A DNA stretch of 64,000 bases from NCBI RefSeq assembly GCF_964204645.1, contig NC_134027.1:17446560-17510559 (forward strand), given 5' to 3'. This document shows, in pieces, positions 48,972 through 62,868 of this stretch. Source of the DNA: Tubulanus polymorphus (Eukaryota; Animalia; Nemertea). The notes beneath the pieces are model-generated. The model saw nothing but the letters and a program-made list of their open reading frames with translations. It did not search any database and had not been told where the DNA came from. Every line of letters starts with the position of its first letter. Within the stretch, counting starts at the first letter, position 1. A program made the position numbers and the translations under genes.

Positions 48972-51900
48972 GGATTTTTTAAAATCATCCAATTTGATCA
49001 TTCAAAGTGTCTAATAATACTGTTTAAAGTGTTCTAAATTTTATTTGAGGAATAAAAATGTCTGAAATGAATCATGTCATCCAGTAGCAGCCATTTTCCA
49101 GATGAAAAATTGTCTGTTTCTCAGTTTTGTGTCAAGGCATATTGAACGATACATACCAGTGCATGTTAGTTAAATGTCTATCTCGTCATAATCATCACTA
49201 CTTTCACTAGCACTGTCGGTGTCCTCAGATGCAGAAACAGTCATTGGGTTTCAACAAGATGACCCGCCATTACAATTACAAAACTGAGTAGATGTGATGG
49301 TGACATGAGCACAACGCAGTGCGACAATCACCCTTGCAGTGGCAACTTACAATATTTAACACCTCGTTGGGAGCAAGTGGCTGCTCTGGAATACAATGGA
49401 CTTGACTGAGTGACTGTCCATTCTTCTCCCAGCCATACTCTAATGGATCGAGGTCAGGTGGAGAAGGTTGTCCAGCTGACATCCATACCCCCGTCTGGTA
49501 ATGTGCTCGCTGGCAATGGGCATGGAATGCTGCTGATGTTGGTGGTAAAGTTTTTAACTTTGGTGTATGGCACTTGCCGGCAATCTTAGCTGTAAACATG
49601 GCAGCTCTCATCAAACTTAATGTGTCCACTGGCATTTGATTGTAAAGTAATGTTACGAACTGCATGCAAGAATCTGTAACATGTTCGTTCGATACAGTCA
49701 GATTCCCAAGAAGAAGCTGATCTGGAAATGACTTGCAGATGGTGTGCAAGTATGAGGAGAACATCTGTGTCTTCACACACGATTCTGATCGGTGAGTGGC
49801 CAGCAGCAGCCTCGTTTATCATATGATAAACGATCATCACATCAGCCTCCTCATGTTTCACTTCCACCTCCTGTGCACCAACTCCAACTTCTATTGGTTT
49901 CAGTTCTGGTCCAGTGACAACCATTCGTTTACCAGCAGGAACCTGCACATCAGATAGCTTATCAACTATCATCTGAATGATCATATTCTTGTTTTCACTG
50001 ACACTGAGTACAACAGCCTGTTTTGGTAACAGTGACTCTTCTGTTAGTTTGTAAACTGGGGAGACTCCTTTCTGACGTGTTGTTCGGCATGATGACTTTA
50101 TCGATCGAACACAACATGAAGAATTTTACATGTAACAAGTCTGCGCATGATGACAGATACCACATTAGAGACATATAACGAAACCTTTGCTGGCAATTAT
50201 TGCCATGGAACTGTCCAAAGTATGGCACATCCATCAAGGATGACAACCTGTGGTGGGTCTGTATGCCGGACGACATACTGCATCTTAGACTTGAGCACTG
50301 ATTTGTTTGTCTTACGTATATCGCCATTGTCATCGAGCTGTTGGATGTGGAGCCAATTCATAGGCAAAGAGTGTTTCGATGGAAATGTTCTCCCTCGATG
50401 TCGCCATAAGTCCGATGACACGTGCATATACAAACTCTGTATTGATGACCTGTTGTCCACTGTTCAATCGTTTTTTCTGGTTGGTGGCATTCGCCATAGT
50501 CTTTACATTCTTTGTCAATGTACTGTTGAAACCGTCAGGCCAGAGTTTTTCGTAGTTCACCCTATCAATTTCACCAATTTGAAGTGCTTCGTGGACATTC
50601 ACTGCTGGGTCATCGACAACTTGCCCAGAATATATATCTACAAGTCCAGTCGTTGGATGAGTCTTGTGGTCAAATATGTCAATGCATGTTAACAGTGCTT
50701 CTCGGATGTGTAGCCTATCCTCAGTATCTGACGTCAAGCGCAACTTTCGCTCCTCCTTGTGGCTAGTTATCGCACAAGCTGGAACCTGATTTCAATGATT
50801 CCAGATCTGCCATCAACTGCCCTAGCGTGCTGTGTGATAGGGCCCAAATAGCAAGGGTGGTTTCATCAAGGGTAGAACCGATAATGCCAGAAGGTCCATG
50901 CCCATACCACATGTGAGTAGATTCGATGAATAAGTCTGACCAGATACGATTCCATAGTCCATCTTGATGGCGCATTACATGCTCTCCTGCTAGAAATCTC
51001 TTCAGAAGTTCACGAGGAAGACGTTGCATCGACCGTAAATAGTAAAGTCCCTACCTCGCATAGTTAACATGACTTGAAGCGAAAAACTATGGCAGCATCT
51101 TCTCTACAGCATACAGGTGTAGTGGCCAGTCACCTTCCCTCTCAGCGCGAACAAATGCCATCATGATGAGCACAGGTTTGTTGAGGCAATCCACCCAAAG
51201 TTTTGTAGTTTTACTCAATTAACTTCTCTTGTCTAGATATACTTCCAGATGGTCAACTGTAAGTAGATAGTTGTTATCATCCATTAGGATTGGGCGCAGA
51301 AGTTCTTCTACAATGATACGCAAAGCTCTGATATTCTGCGGAAATTTCTTTCCAGATAGAAGCTTGGGCACACCGGCAAATGTAGACTTTAGTACATCTT
51401 CGAGACCGGAACCTGCCATGAGGATTGTTGATGCTCCGACAAAGCTCATTAACGCATGCATGCTGCCAAGTCTAGGTACGAAGCACTTGAAAAGCTCTTC
51501 ATCAATCCATGTAACATTGACACATCCCGCATATAGTTGCTGATCTGTTGTGAGTACCGTCAACTTCTGACCAGTCAATTCACTCAAGTGCTGTGCTTCG
51601 ACCATTGCGGTTTTCATGTCTTCTGATCCTCGTCTATTCAAAGACACACGAGTTGTGGCGAGGACAGCAAGAGATGGAACAACACGTAAAGTGCAACTAT
51701 GAGGCATCTTAGGTTTTTTACTGCCATGGTAGCGCTGAACGGTTATATCTCCTAAGATCAGATGCCGTCTCTTCATTTCATCTCTACTGAGACGTTTGAT
51801 TGAGGAGGTATCGGGGTTGTCATTGTTTGCCAATGTTGGCCGTGGCGCAGACCATTTCGGCTATCAAATTGTGCAATTTCTCTTGGTTCCTTGGCCATTG

Positions 51901-53952
51901 AAATCGCAGATGATACTCTGAAACGTCGGAGTTCATCATATGAAGATGTGATGCTGAAATTGTGAAGCTGATCCAGGATTTTCCGTTGTTTGTTCAACAA
52001 TACACTCAGGGCTAACTGTTGGTTTGTTGGACCAGTAAAAGCACTTGTAACTATATGACCAATCATTATGGCAGGCAATGTTCTATCCAATTTGGGAGAT
52101 ATGGAAGCAAGAAGGCCAATAACGTATCACTACATTCAGTGAGAAGGGATTGCTGTGAGATACGTGTTGCATAATATCGAGGGTCAGATTTTGGACATTC
52201 AGAGCGGATAGTTCTGGCCAAATTACTGATGCTACGTACAATACAGTCACTCTCAGCATCATCAACAATATTCAGTCTCGCCTTGCTGCGAAAAAACTAC
52301 AATGGACACAACACCTGGAGATGTCAAAACAATTAAATCTGGAGCCAGGATCTCAATCAACTTGTCGACGAGTGTTCGCTGAGATAACTGTGTCCCTTCC
52401 AGTTCTAGATACATGTTGTATAATTCAGTACTGTTCCACATGCGTGTATGGTCATTGGTCATATTCTCCACACATTTTTCGAGTGCTGTATCTGTCGAGT
52501 TGGTATTTCTTACATTTGGAGGGTTACTGAAGAATCTCGAAATGCAATCCTTGTGGTACCGAGCATCTGCTGCATGCAAGTCACTCAATGCTGTATTTAT
52601 TCGAAATGCTACCTCTCTACCCCACTCATCATTTCGTTCCATCAATCGGGAGAGAAAGGCATCTTTCGATGAATTTCTTTGGCCAGTAACAGTCCGACAT
52701 AAATATGCTGGTCTCCATCTTGTAGGATTCTTCTTGTTGCGTTCCATGATGCATTCCTCTCCACAGAGAAAACAGTGTTGGCGAAAATCAAATCTCGTCG
52801 TTGAGCATCTTCTGCGTTTAGGTGATGGTTGGGCAGGTTTGCTTTCAGCAGTTTGTTTGTGTTTTAAGTGTCTCGATATGATGTTTCGAACAATAGGTGC
52901 TAAGACAGTTTTCATGACACATGAAATCAGTTTCCAATCCAATTTCATCAGATAGTTTATCAGATATGTCATCACAGCGTTGATGACTTGCATTGCGGAC
53001 ACTCTCGATTCTGGAGGACTTCATGACAGTCTTTGTATCACTGCCACAAAAAAGACACGCCATAACCTAATAATAGAAATTAGTTTATGTCTTACAATGC
53101 AATTTTTCAGTAGCCAGATATAAAACACATTATTTGGCTTTTGTGGCCTTACACACGCATACACACACACACTACCCAGAGGTATAGAGATTCCAGCTTG
53201 ATACTGTCAGGCCACTTGACAACTGGACCTGTGTTCCCCATTATTTTAGCTAATCTGGAATAAAAATACCATGCTTACCAGTTTATGTCACTCTAGTGTT
53301 AACAAAGTCAACTTCCAGACTGTAGAAGGTACTTGAGGTTGATAAAGGATGCTGTAACAGCCCACCTGCTACTTTTTCACTCCTGTGTCACTTGTTGCAA
53401 GTTCATTGATTTATTCACAGAAAAATCTATATCTAGGCCAAACAATGATTTTCCTTGTTTCCTGTCCCACACTCCCACCAGATATCCATATTTTTATAGA
53501 TGGAATTTGACACGTTTATGAAATCACTAATTTATAAAATTAAAGATTTGTTTAGTTTCGATAAATCCAATGCTGATAGGCCTAGGCCATGGGGCCTACT
53601 TTGAATGCCGGCCATCAAAGAAAATGGCCGCTACAGGATGACATGTTTCATTTTAGACATTTTTAGCTCTTGAATAAAATTTAGAACACTTTATACAGTA
53701 TTATTAGGTACTTTGATCGATCAAATTGGATGATTTTAAAAAATCCGTGAAAATCGGACATTTATATATTTTTCCATATTTTCCCCACAGGGTTGGCGGC
53801 CACCTTGGATTTTTGGATTTTGACAAAAACGCTCAAGAGTGCCAGTCTGGCACTCATCAGATTTGCATTCAGCACCCCAAAATCTACTAGAAACAGCAAA
53901 AAAACTGACTAGATATAAAAAAACGAGGTTCAGTGCTATATCTCTCGGACTA
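48972..53952 (-). mobile_element. Academ (AcademX-type) DNA transposon, near full length, frameshifted
   Basis: DLHAADARYHKDC, VLTTDQQLY, PRLG.MH, FVRAEREGDWPLHL, W.DLFIEST, YELA.HP, ILDGCAILW, XPG-like HEEAD and EDTDV, C-terminal SCHCKGDC....CSC. Terminus TAGTCCGAGAG on the minus strand at 53952. Inverted subterminal repeats 48972-49098 / 53620-53746. Confidence 0.82.
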
Positions 53953-54003
53953 TTAGGACATATGAGTGAGAGCTTGAAAAAAATAATAACTTTATCTTTT
54001 CAG

Positions 54004-54253
54004 ATCATATTAACTGTACAAGACAAGCATTGAATGATGGAATAACAAAATCTTTATCAATAACAGATGAAGGAGAGATTACATCACCTGGTTATCCTGC
54101 TTCATACTCTCGTAATGATGGATTATGTGATATTGTATTATCTTCTCCGCAAGACACTATTATACAACTGGAATTCACAGATTTTATAGTAACCGATTGT
54201 AAATTGACTTTCGATTATTCTTTCAAGAAATCTTCATGTGATAACTATGATCC
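54004..54253 (+). CDS. Host exon encoding the N-terminal part of a CUB domain
   Basis: ttttcag| acceptor and |gtaagt donor. Open 250-nt phase 1-2 exon: C....GEITSPGYPASY.....C......P....IQLEFTDF.V..C. Confidence 0.8.
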
Positions 54254-55441
54254 GTAAGTAATTTAACAATGGTTTTTGTCTGTTATTGATTTAAGGTGTA
54301 TTTTTCAGTTCTAGATTATTGTGTGATTGAGGCTGCCGATATAGTTCCATAATGCTGTATCAATAGAACTGTTAATCCGATAAAAAATTGTGTGTAACGC
54401 GTCATTTGCCTTTATCCATGATCCTAGCTATGACTATCATACCCTGTTGTACTTAGGTTCCCAAAATAGTGATGAATTAAGGAAAGTTTTGAGGCGCATG
54501 AAGGGCTTACCTGTGAGTGAATTGTCTTTATCGGTTTTGCCCGGCAATGAATTATTATCCCCATCTTTATCCTCACATGCTCGCGCACTGATACATCCGG
54601 AAGTAGTTCATAGAAACTGTGCAGTTCATGGTTTACACTGACTGGGAGCAGATCGCTAGATTATTGTCTCTGCACGATTCGTCGCTAGCCTGGATTCTAT
54701 TTCTTGAAAGCACTGCGTGTGAGGGTTTTCTTGATGAAAATTTCCAGTAATGCGAAGGTGCTGTACTCTCGGGGAATACCCGCCTGAGTTAGTACATGTA
54801 GTAGGCTAGAGACAGCAGTGCTGTTTGTGCACACAGCGAGTCAAGCGGCTGCATCCCGCAATTACAGGCCGACTGCGATTGACTGACGAAAAATAAACTG
54901 TTCGGCTGGAGCAAGTAGGAAAAAGAATATAATGAGATACGCAGGGTTTCCTTGATCGTTAAACAAGTGTCCGTTACTCTTTATTGGGGAAAAAATTGTA
55001 CAAACGTGTATCAATGCCAAGATGAACATTAGGTGTGAAGCCCAATGGAGGAAGTATTAAAGATTTTTGGAGCCATTTTAAGTGCATTCTTATGTTATCA
55101 CATGGTCTCTGCTGTAATTAAAACTACCACAATAGTAGTAGTGCTTCATCCTTTCACATGAACTTCATTCATTCATTTAAGCGTGTGTGCGCCCACACAC
55201 ACGCGCACACACACACCTACACCCACAGTCCTCTTGTTTAATGATTAGTTGAATTATGGATCTGCTGCAAAAATTTTCCAATTCTAGGTATAAAAAAGAC
55301 AATTTTATTTTTTCCCGCTGTCCCTTATTTTTAAGCATAGATATGGAAATAAAACCAATTATTCATAATGGTTTCCCACTGACACATCATCTTTTGACAT
55401 CACACACAAAAAATCATAAACAATGGGTGTCCAATTCCCTA

Positions 55442-55945
55442 TCGGCCCCCACAAAGTTTGTTATCGCTATAGATATCGGTAGGTACGCTGCGCCTACAAA
55501 TGAACGTTCGAAGAGTCATAATAAAATCATCAGTTTCTAATGAATCTGCTAGTTCTAGGTGCACAGCTCTAGTGACTAAACGAGTGAATAGACAGCCCCA
55601 CCTTTTCAGCCTATGCCTACCCTGTTTGACCTGGAGAGGACCAAAGAAATCAACTCCCACGAATTGAAACGGATGAGAATATACTGCTAACCTGGATGCA
55701 GGTAGGTCTGCCATAATAGGTACATGAGGCCTTACTTTACGACGATGACAATCAGGGCAACGACTATTTATTCTTATAGCCATCAAACGAAATTTAATCG
55801 GCCAGTACTGCTGCAGACATTCAGCAATTATATGTTCGGAACCACCGTGGCCCAAAATCACATGAAAGTGAGAAATGATCAATTCACTTATGTGGTGACC
55901 GTATGGTAAAACTACTTGATGTTTCGCACCTGCTAATATGATGGG
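55442..55945 (-). mobile_element. BEL/Pao integrase fragment
   Basis: H...GH.G......YW....C..C, MADLPASRL, PF..VGVDFFGP, KRWGCLFT.LVTRAVHLE, IYSDN. Confidence 0.9.
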
Positions 55946-56342
55946 TACTACTACCAGAGCCACCTGTGAACAACCATAGAGCCCACTACAATCATGCATG
56001 TGAACACCCCTCAAGGGTGAAAAATTGCTCAAACTCATTCGCCATCTAGTGGAATACTAATGCCTAAAATGTTTTATGAAGTTATTCATTCAATAGAGTA
56101 AGGCTAATTGAAACCAGTGATACCAAGATCATATTTTGACAACTATTCGTTCGTGTGCTATTCGCCGCCGAAGATGGTTGGTTTACAGGCTTTTATAAGT
56201 TGTACGTTTTTACCTCTTTATGTATTTTTGGTGTTGGCAATTGGCCAATTTTTGGTTAATTTTGCCACACATTGATGAAACCGCAATTCTGACAGGTACT
56301 ATACACTGTGAGCAGTGTTCCTTTTACCTTCAAATATCAAAA

Positions 56343-56932
56343 CAGTCAAACCTCGTTATAACACCACCATCGGGACCTGGCTAATTTTGGCGTTATAACA
56401 AGAAAGGCAGTATAAAGAAATTATCTATGTGATCCTCCAAATCATTTACCAAAAGCATTAAAATACCAAATAAAAAGGTGTAGACTCAATACAAAAAGGG
56501 CAGCCAAAAATTATTTTTAGACATAATCGGGCCCTATAGACTACGCCCCTGATTCAGATGAAAAATGCTGCTTTGCCTACCATGACAGATTTCTTGCAAG
56601 GCCTTCATCTTAAAGCGTCCCGAACACACCAGGTTAGCAGGTACCCTTCCTACTGGTGTGTCATTGCTTGTCATCACCATCACACATTGTACGCTGACAC
56701 GTAGCGTACGTGCAGGGTAGACTTAATCTCGATGGCGGTATTATGGGACAAATTAACAATGCATTGCTATAGGAATGTATTGTAAATTGTGTGGCGGTGG
56801 GCGGAAAGCAAGGGGCGTTATTACGGGAGAATTTAACACTAAATTAGATATGGCTGAACGGTGCCACGGCAATATGATGGCGGTAGGTGAGAATGGCGGT
56901 AATACGAGGGGCGTTATAACGAGGTTTGACTG
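56343..56932. mobile_element. Tigger/pogo-type MITE
   Basis: 20-bp TIRs CAGTCAAACCTCGTTATAAC / GTTATAACGAGGTTTGACTG. Right flank TA, left flank AA. Confidence 0.8.
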
Positions 56933-57659
56933 TACTTAGATTTTTATCGTGAGTTCTGTTAACCTAGAGGCCCAAAGGTATGAAGTCTATTGAATTTTTA
57001 GTCTATAGCATATTTACCTTTTTCAAACATTTATTTTCTCCTTGACAATGAAGACAAACCACCAGGATTTGAAGAAGGGCATTCTCAAAAACAAAGTATT
57101 TTTGTCTTTTCTGATGGGACAAATTTTCATCAAACCTGCAGCATAAAAAAAATTTGAAATCACTGAATGGTTTATATTTTTGGCTCCCGTTAGCGAGCCT
57201 ATGTCAACGGTCTGGCCGATCGATAATCATTCATATGCGAATTGAACGGATTAAGCAAAAATATATTTCGTAATTGGTTTGTTGGTTTTTCTTTATGGTG
57301 TGCAAAGTTGAAAGCCGTAGGTTTCATATTTTTTGAGAAATTTACCAAAAAGTTTCAAAAATTAGATTTATCTGAGCACGTTTTTTTATGCAGCATCTTT
57401 AACCGTCCAAAATTATACATGTGAAAATTCAATGCTATTTGCGTCGGAAGAGCTTCATATCGCCAAGATCCGACGCTTTGTTCGGTAGTTATGGGCTTTC
57501 AATGACAAAACCCCTCAAAATCTTGGTTCTATAAAATATGTGTTGACCCGGTTTTTGACTTCCATTATGACGTCATAACATTGAATGAGGCGGATCAGCT
57601 GGTGCGCGTTATTTCACAAACAAAATGGGGGCACGATTGAATAGGTTGATATTCATCAT

Positions 57660-58570
57660 TTCTAGCCCGAATACTGATACTCAAGGCGTACGATACAACG
57701 ATTTGTTGTGTGCGATGTATTCAATGATTCATCTAGTTTTGATATCTCTTGTGTAAGGTAACGTTGCATCAAGATATCTGACGAAAATGTGGTTTCAAAA
57801 TGAGGAAATTTACTTCCGTGTTCGCCATGGAACACTTCGCCACTGTACTTTCGTTTACTGATAGCATCGAATTTTTTGAAATGAGTCTGAATATACATGA
57901 CTGGAAATACTTGTTTTATCATCATCAATTGAAGTCATTTTGTTGACGTTATCATTAGCGATCCGTTTTGGAGCCTGATTATTAGTATTAGTTAGTTTAC
58001 TGCAGCAGAGTGATGAGCATTCGCGTTGAAAACAGTCGTGTACAGTCGCATAGGCAATATAGCCGTATACTCTCGTATACTGCGTGTTTGTATCAGTAAT
58101 AGAGTACGCGCGCCACAGTGTGTAGGTTGTGCGTAACAACGATTTGTCTGAGTGAAGACTTGTTTCTTTGTTTGACATTTTTCGCATTTCCCTTTCCGAG
58201 TCTGTGTACCTGAAAAAATGATAATACTACTCAATATTTCCCTGCTGCTAAAGCAGGGGGACAAAAATCATGAGTTTATCGGATGGTGTACCTTTGTTGA
58301 GTGGATTGGAGATTAATAGGGAATCATTTGCTATCATATCGAGAGACAAGTCAATCGGTTCTATACCAGAGATATTCAATTGCTGAATTGCCTCTTCTAC
58401 CAACCGTCATCTCTCACGCTTATGGTATGCACCACCCTTTGTTCTGGGCGTTGATGAAAAGGATCCTTGTTGGTAGCTAGCAGCATTGACCAGTGATTCC
58501 ACTTTCACTGTTTCATCCCAGTGAGCAACCATTTGAACGGTAGGAATAGCATCCTGGTTTAGTAATAAGC
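57660..58570 (-). pseudogene. Possible THAP-domain transposon gene remnant (Kolobok-like)
   Basis: After a minus-strand cttccag acceptor: LLNQDAIPTV (THAP AVPT-like box) and AYHKRER*RLVEE. Downstream frames are fragmented. Confidence 0.35.
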
Positions 58571-58727
58571 TGGAAGATAGGTAAAATGGTAGTTATTCTT
58601 TACAACTGTGTAAATTTGTTGGTATATCTTAAGATAGAAATTACATGGATTGAATTGAAATTTTATGGATTGGTTTCCTATTGAAATGATCAAATATTAT
58701 TAACATCGGATCGGCGCTTAATTAGAC

Positions 58728-60304
58728 TTTTTAGGACGTTCGTTAGACGAACGTCCTTATGTGATCAGTTTGCCGGTTGATGACGCACTTCCGATTTGGT
58801 TGACAGACGTTTAAGGTCGTTTTAAAGCCAGTTAATTAGAGATTTCCTCAAATTCCGCATCAGAAATGGTGTCTTCAAGTTGGGATTGAATTTGGTTAAA
58901 AATAGTTGGTTAGTTTTTGCTGTCCCCTCTTGAAAAAATGCTCTTCACGCCGTTTATGTGACATCACACATCACGTGTTGCTTATGACGTAGAGGGTATA
59001 GTGATCGACAGAAGTGCCATTTTTAAAATCGTTGTATCGTGGATGTTAACTTTAGAGTACCGTACGAAGTCTCTTTAAAGGTGAGTGTCAACATATATGG
59101 TGACTTAACTTAATTCCTTGTGAGCGCACAGAGGCCCTGTGAGAATCTAGCGACGTTCGCAGCATTGAAAATTACACAATGGTCCGCTCGACACGCACAC
59201 ACATGCTGTCAGTTTGACCTACGTGACTAAATACAGCTGCCATGATTCAGAAGCAATCCACTTAAAATTTTATGAAGTGAATATCATAATTATTATTTAT
59301 CCGATATACATCAAAAAACCTTTAAGAGAAAGGTATTTGGCGTCGGATTCTGTACCGAAAATCCTGGATTGTTACACTGCATAGTTTTTTTAGTAGGGTT
59401 CTTTTAACATTTTGCCTTTAAGCCATTTGATTGACACGTGGGGCGGGGCTTGCGATCTGCCGATGACGTCAGATGTAAACAATAATATAACCACGTGCAT
59501 CGTGCACACGTGTAAACAAACCTGGCAACAAATTAGATTTTTTGGCGCCAAAACTTTTTTGATTTTTTCTTTCGTCCAATGATTTTTCAACTGGAGCCAA
59601 CTGCTATGCCATTAGATCGTACAATCAAGTATTCACGTTTTATAGACTCTCTCTGAAATAATTCTTGTCCAGGGGACATGTATTGAAATATCTATTGTCG
59701 TTGTTTTTGTTTTTTTTTTAATTTTTAGGATATAAACAGCCTAGAAGAAACATCATCTGGCAGACACACATTTGACTACAGATCATATCCTGTTATAAAA
59801 TGTGTTTAATAAATATTTTACTCAAGTTTCGTGCCATTAATACTTCCTGACTACTTTTATTTTATGGTTATCTAAGTGCAAGGCAAACATTGGTGGGGTT
59901 CCTTTGGCCCTCCGAATATATAGGACCAAAAGGGGTATTTTATGCCATTTGGATTTATTTTTGCTTAGAAAAACTATTCAAATACTTTTTGGCGGGCACA
60001 TTCAAATTCTGAAGGGTAGGACTAGTCCAACCCCTAAATCCACTTGCATTCATTCTTATGAGAACTAACTTAAAACGTTAAAACCTTCACCGGCCTCCTA
60101 CTCAATTTTTTGAATAAATGTAAAACTTATGGCAGAATTTATGGTTGATTTCTCAATTTTTGAATCCCAAAGAATAATTTTTGAATTACGCATTAGGATG
60201 ACACTTGAATAGCCGGTATTCAAATTTTCCAAACAATTTGGGAGGTGTCTGGGTCTACATGCGTTTCACAAACGAACGTCCTCTTTTAAAGTTTCTTTCT
60301 AGTT
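58728..60304 (+). mobile_element. HINE-like element, family C
   Basis: 5' tttttaggacgttcgtt-ag-acgaacgtcct foldback. 3' subTIR aacgaacgtcct followed by ctagtt. Confidence 0.6.
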
Positions 60305-60662
60305 AATGTCTTTTTAATTGTGATTCGCACTAACTTCTTGGCGAATCCAAAAAGATTTTCAAAACTATTGTCGGTAAAGTGTTTGTAGCACAATGCACTA
60401 CTACCCGACGGCTTCCAATTCTGTCTTTGTGCAAACAAAAGTGGAAGAATGACGTCATCCGCTGAGTGTTAGGATGTTAGCGTCTCGTTGCTAAAGGAGT
60501 TACTAGGGCTTTTTCTCCACCCCTAAAAGTTTTTTCATAAAGATTTCAAATTGTAGTTTATTTACAATGCCATTCAGAGTCACTGATCACGTATTCATTG
60601 AATTCGATAAACATGATTTTGTAGTCTTCATAACCCCTTTAATCTAGAGTGTGAAATTTTGC

Positions 60663-62868
60663 TTTTTAGCCCACTTGGGACTTAAGTCCCAGCGGGATAT
60701 TGTGTTAACTTTTCGTCCGTCATCCGTCCATCCGTAGACGGAAACCAGTTATTAGCTCTCGAGGAACGAGAGAGCTATTGCGAGCGTGTCGGTATCGTGT
60801 GGTGTATGTTTACCGCGAACCAAAGCACATCATTTTTACAGTCATTGAATTATCGAACGATCCGATAAATGGGGTTAAATCCGCTGCAAAAATAGATCCG
60901 GCAATTTGTATTCAAGATTATTTCAGATTATATTGGGTTGAATGGTGATAGAAGTTGATATTGAAAAGATTTTTGAATAATATTTTATTAATAATTCATT
61001 CGGATAGATTTATTTTACAAGGTGAATTAATGTGCGGATGACTTCATCACTCGGGTGTGAACGGGCACCTTGCACCAAGGGTCGGTTTAGTAGCAGTCTT
61101 TAATTCCTTGTTTTTTGCTGGGAAAATCAGTAGGAGTCTTTAACTCCGAAAGGTTGGCAGACAATGTCCTTGAAAGTCCTAATTTTTACAGTCAGACCTA
61201 AATTATCACTGAGTTGTATGACAGTGTGGCGTGTGTTTATTCATTTACTGCAGACGTATTGCGTAGCAGCTGTTGGCGTCTAGCCATACTACTTGAGGCA
61301 AGCGTGAGCTGGCAGATCTAGTATCTCACACTGCACACACTACAGTGACATAGTGACATAGGCTTATACTGAGACGCGCGCCATGAATACGCGCGTTTTT
61401 CATACAGTGAAATAAGTTTTTTTGAATGAAGTTAACTTTATCATAGATTTTCATTTAAGTTATTATCGGTCACTTTATTACTAAAAAGACTTTGATAGCG
61501 ATTGGTCTGTCGATCTTTTTGTACTATAACCGGCCATAACAAATCGATCTGACGTATTTGTTCCTGCCTACCACTGTCTTGAGGTGACCAGTTCCACCGT
61601 AGTGTCCAGGGCAGTTGTGAAGCGAACAGATCTGCATAATTAAAGGACTAAGAATGATCAATGTAATATGTTTTCATTGATATTAACAAAAAAACTTTGC
61701 CTCGAGAGCACAGGACCGTTCAAGACGCTTCAATGTAATGTCTTGATATTTGGGTTACACATGTATCTACCCTAGCCACATCTTCAGCCCTAAAACTAGC
61801 CCTGTCAGAATAAAGGTGGCTGACATGCAGCCATTGTTGTTCGCCAAAATCAGCATTTTTGAACTTTTTGAGGGAAATTTTGAAGACGCTTCGACCAAAT
61901 ACCTTGATCTTTCATATATATTTGAAACGCCCATGGACCCATCAGCGTGAGAAGAATTGGGCCGATCGGACTCAAGATGGCCATTTTATGATCTTTTTAG
62001 TGCCCAAAAATATAAATTTTGGTCCGAATTCTGAGTCCTGTAGCTTCCTACTGGTTTGCTATTTCTCATTGCAATTTGTGATGGGTATTCTTTGGAAAGG
62101 GTTGTTTTATACCTGAGACATGTATTTTTGGTCAGCCAATTATGATGCAATTAGCGGCCATCTTGGTGTCATCAGTACTTATTCGTAGGTGGGAAATAGT
62201 TTTTCCACATTATATTGATACCTGGCATATTTTGTTACAACAATCAATTGGATAGTTGTAGCTCATAACGTGTTCTGTGATATTGGTGAGTTTCAAGGTC
62301 ATTGGTTTTTGTATATGGCCACTAGGGGTTCGTTGAATAATACAGTAACTCAGTATTTCTATAATATATTTATATGTATGCATATTTTGTTACCACAATC
62401 AATTGCAAGGTTGTAGCTGATGACATTGTCTATGATTCTGGTGACTTTTAAGGGCGTTAGTATTCTATATGGTCACCAGGGGGCGTTGAATAGTAGAATA
62501 ACTTTGTATATCCTTATTATATTGGTACCTAGGCATATTTTGTTACCATGATCAATCACAAAAATCTAGTTCATGACATGTTCTATGATTGTGGTGAGTT
62601 TCAAGGTCATTGGGTTTTGCATCTGGTCACCAGGGGGCATTGAATAGTAGAATAACTTAGTATTTTCATATTAAATTTGTAACGAGGCATATTTTGTTAT
62701 CACAATCAATTATTAATCGTAGCTGCTGACATGTTCTTTGATTTTGATGAGTTTCAAGGTCATTGGGCTTTGTATATGGCCACCAGGGCGCATTGAATAT
62801 TGAAATTTTAGATTGTTGAGCTTTTGAAACCACTTCCCAAGTCGGCGTGCTGTCCCTGGACCCCTAGT
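60663..62868 (+). mobile_element. HINE family A copy 2, with a nested insertion and internal tandem repeats
   Basis: Same ends and body as 4736-5578. Extra segment at ~60749-61720 and four ~154-bp repeats at 62220-62805. Confidence 0.78.
60749..61720 (+). mobile_element. Nested HINE-like element
   Basis: ttattagctctcgagg...gagagcta 5' foldback and 3' cctcgagagc subTIR. Absent from family A copy 1. Confidence 0.6.

Noticed and set aside
50147-52955. Plus-strand ORFs of 90-181 aa (50147, 51271, 52413)
   Set aside because: Antisense shadows of the Academ coding sequence.
59729-59809. Possible next exon of the CUB gene
   Set aside because: Splicing from the phase-2 donor gives an immediate stop, and the segment lies inside a HINE-like repeat.
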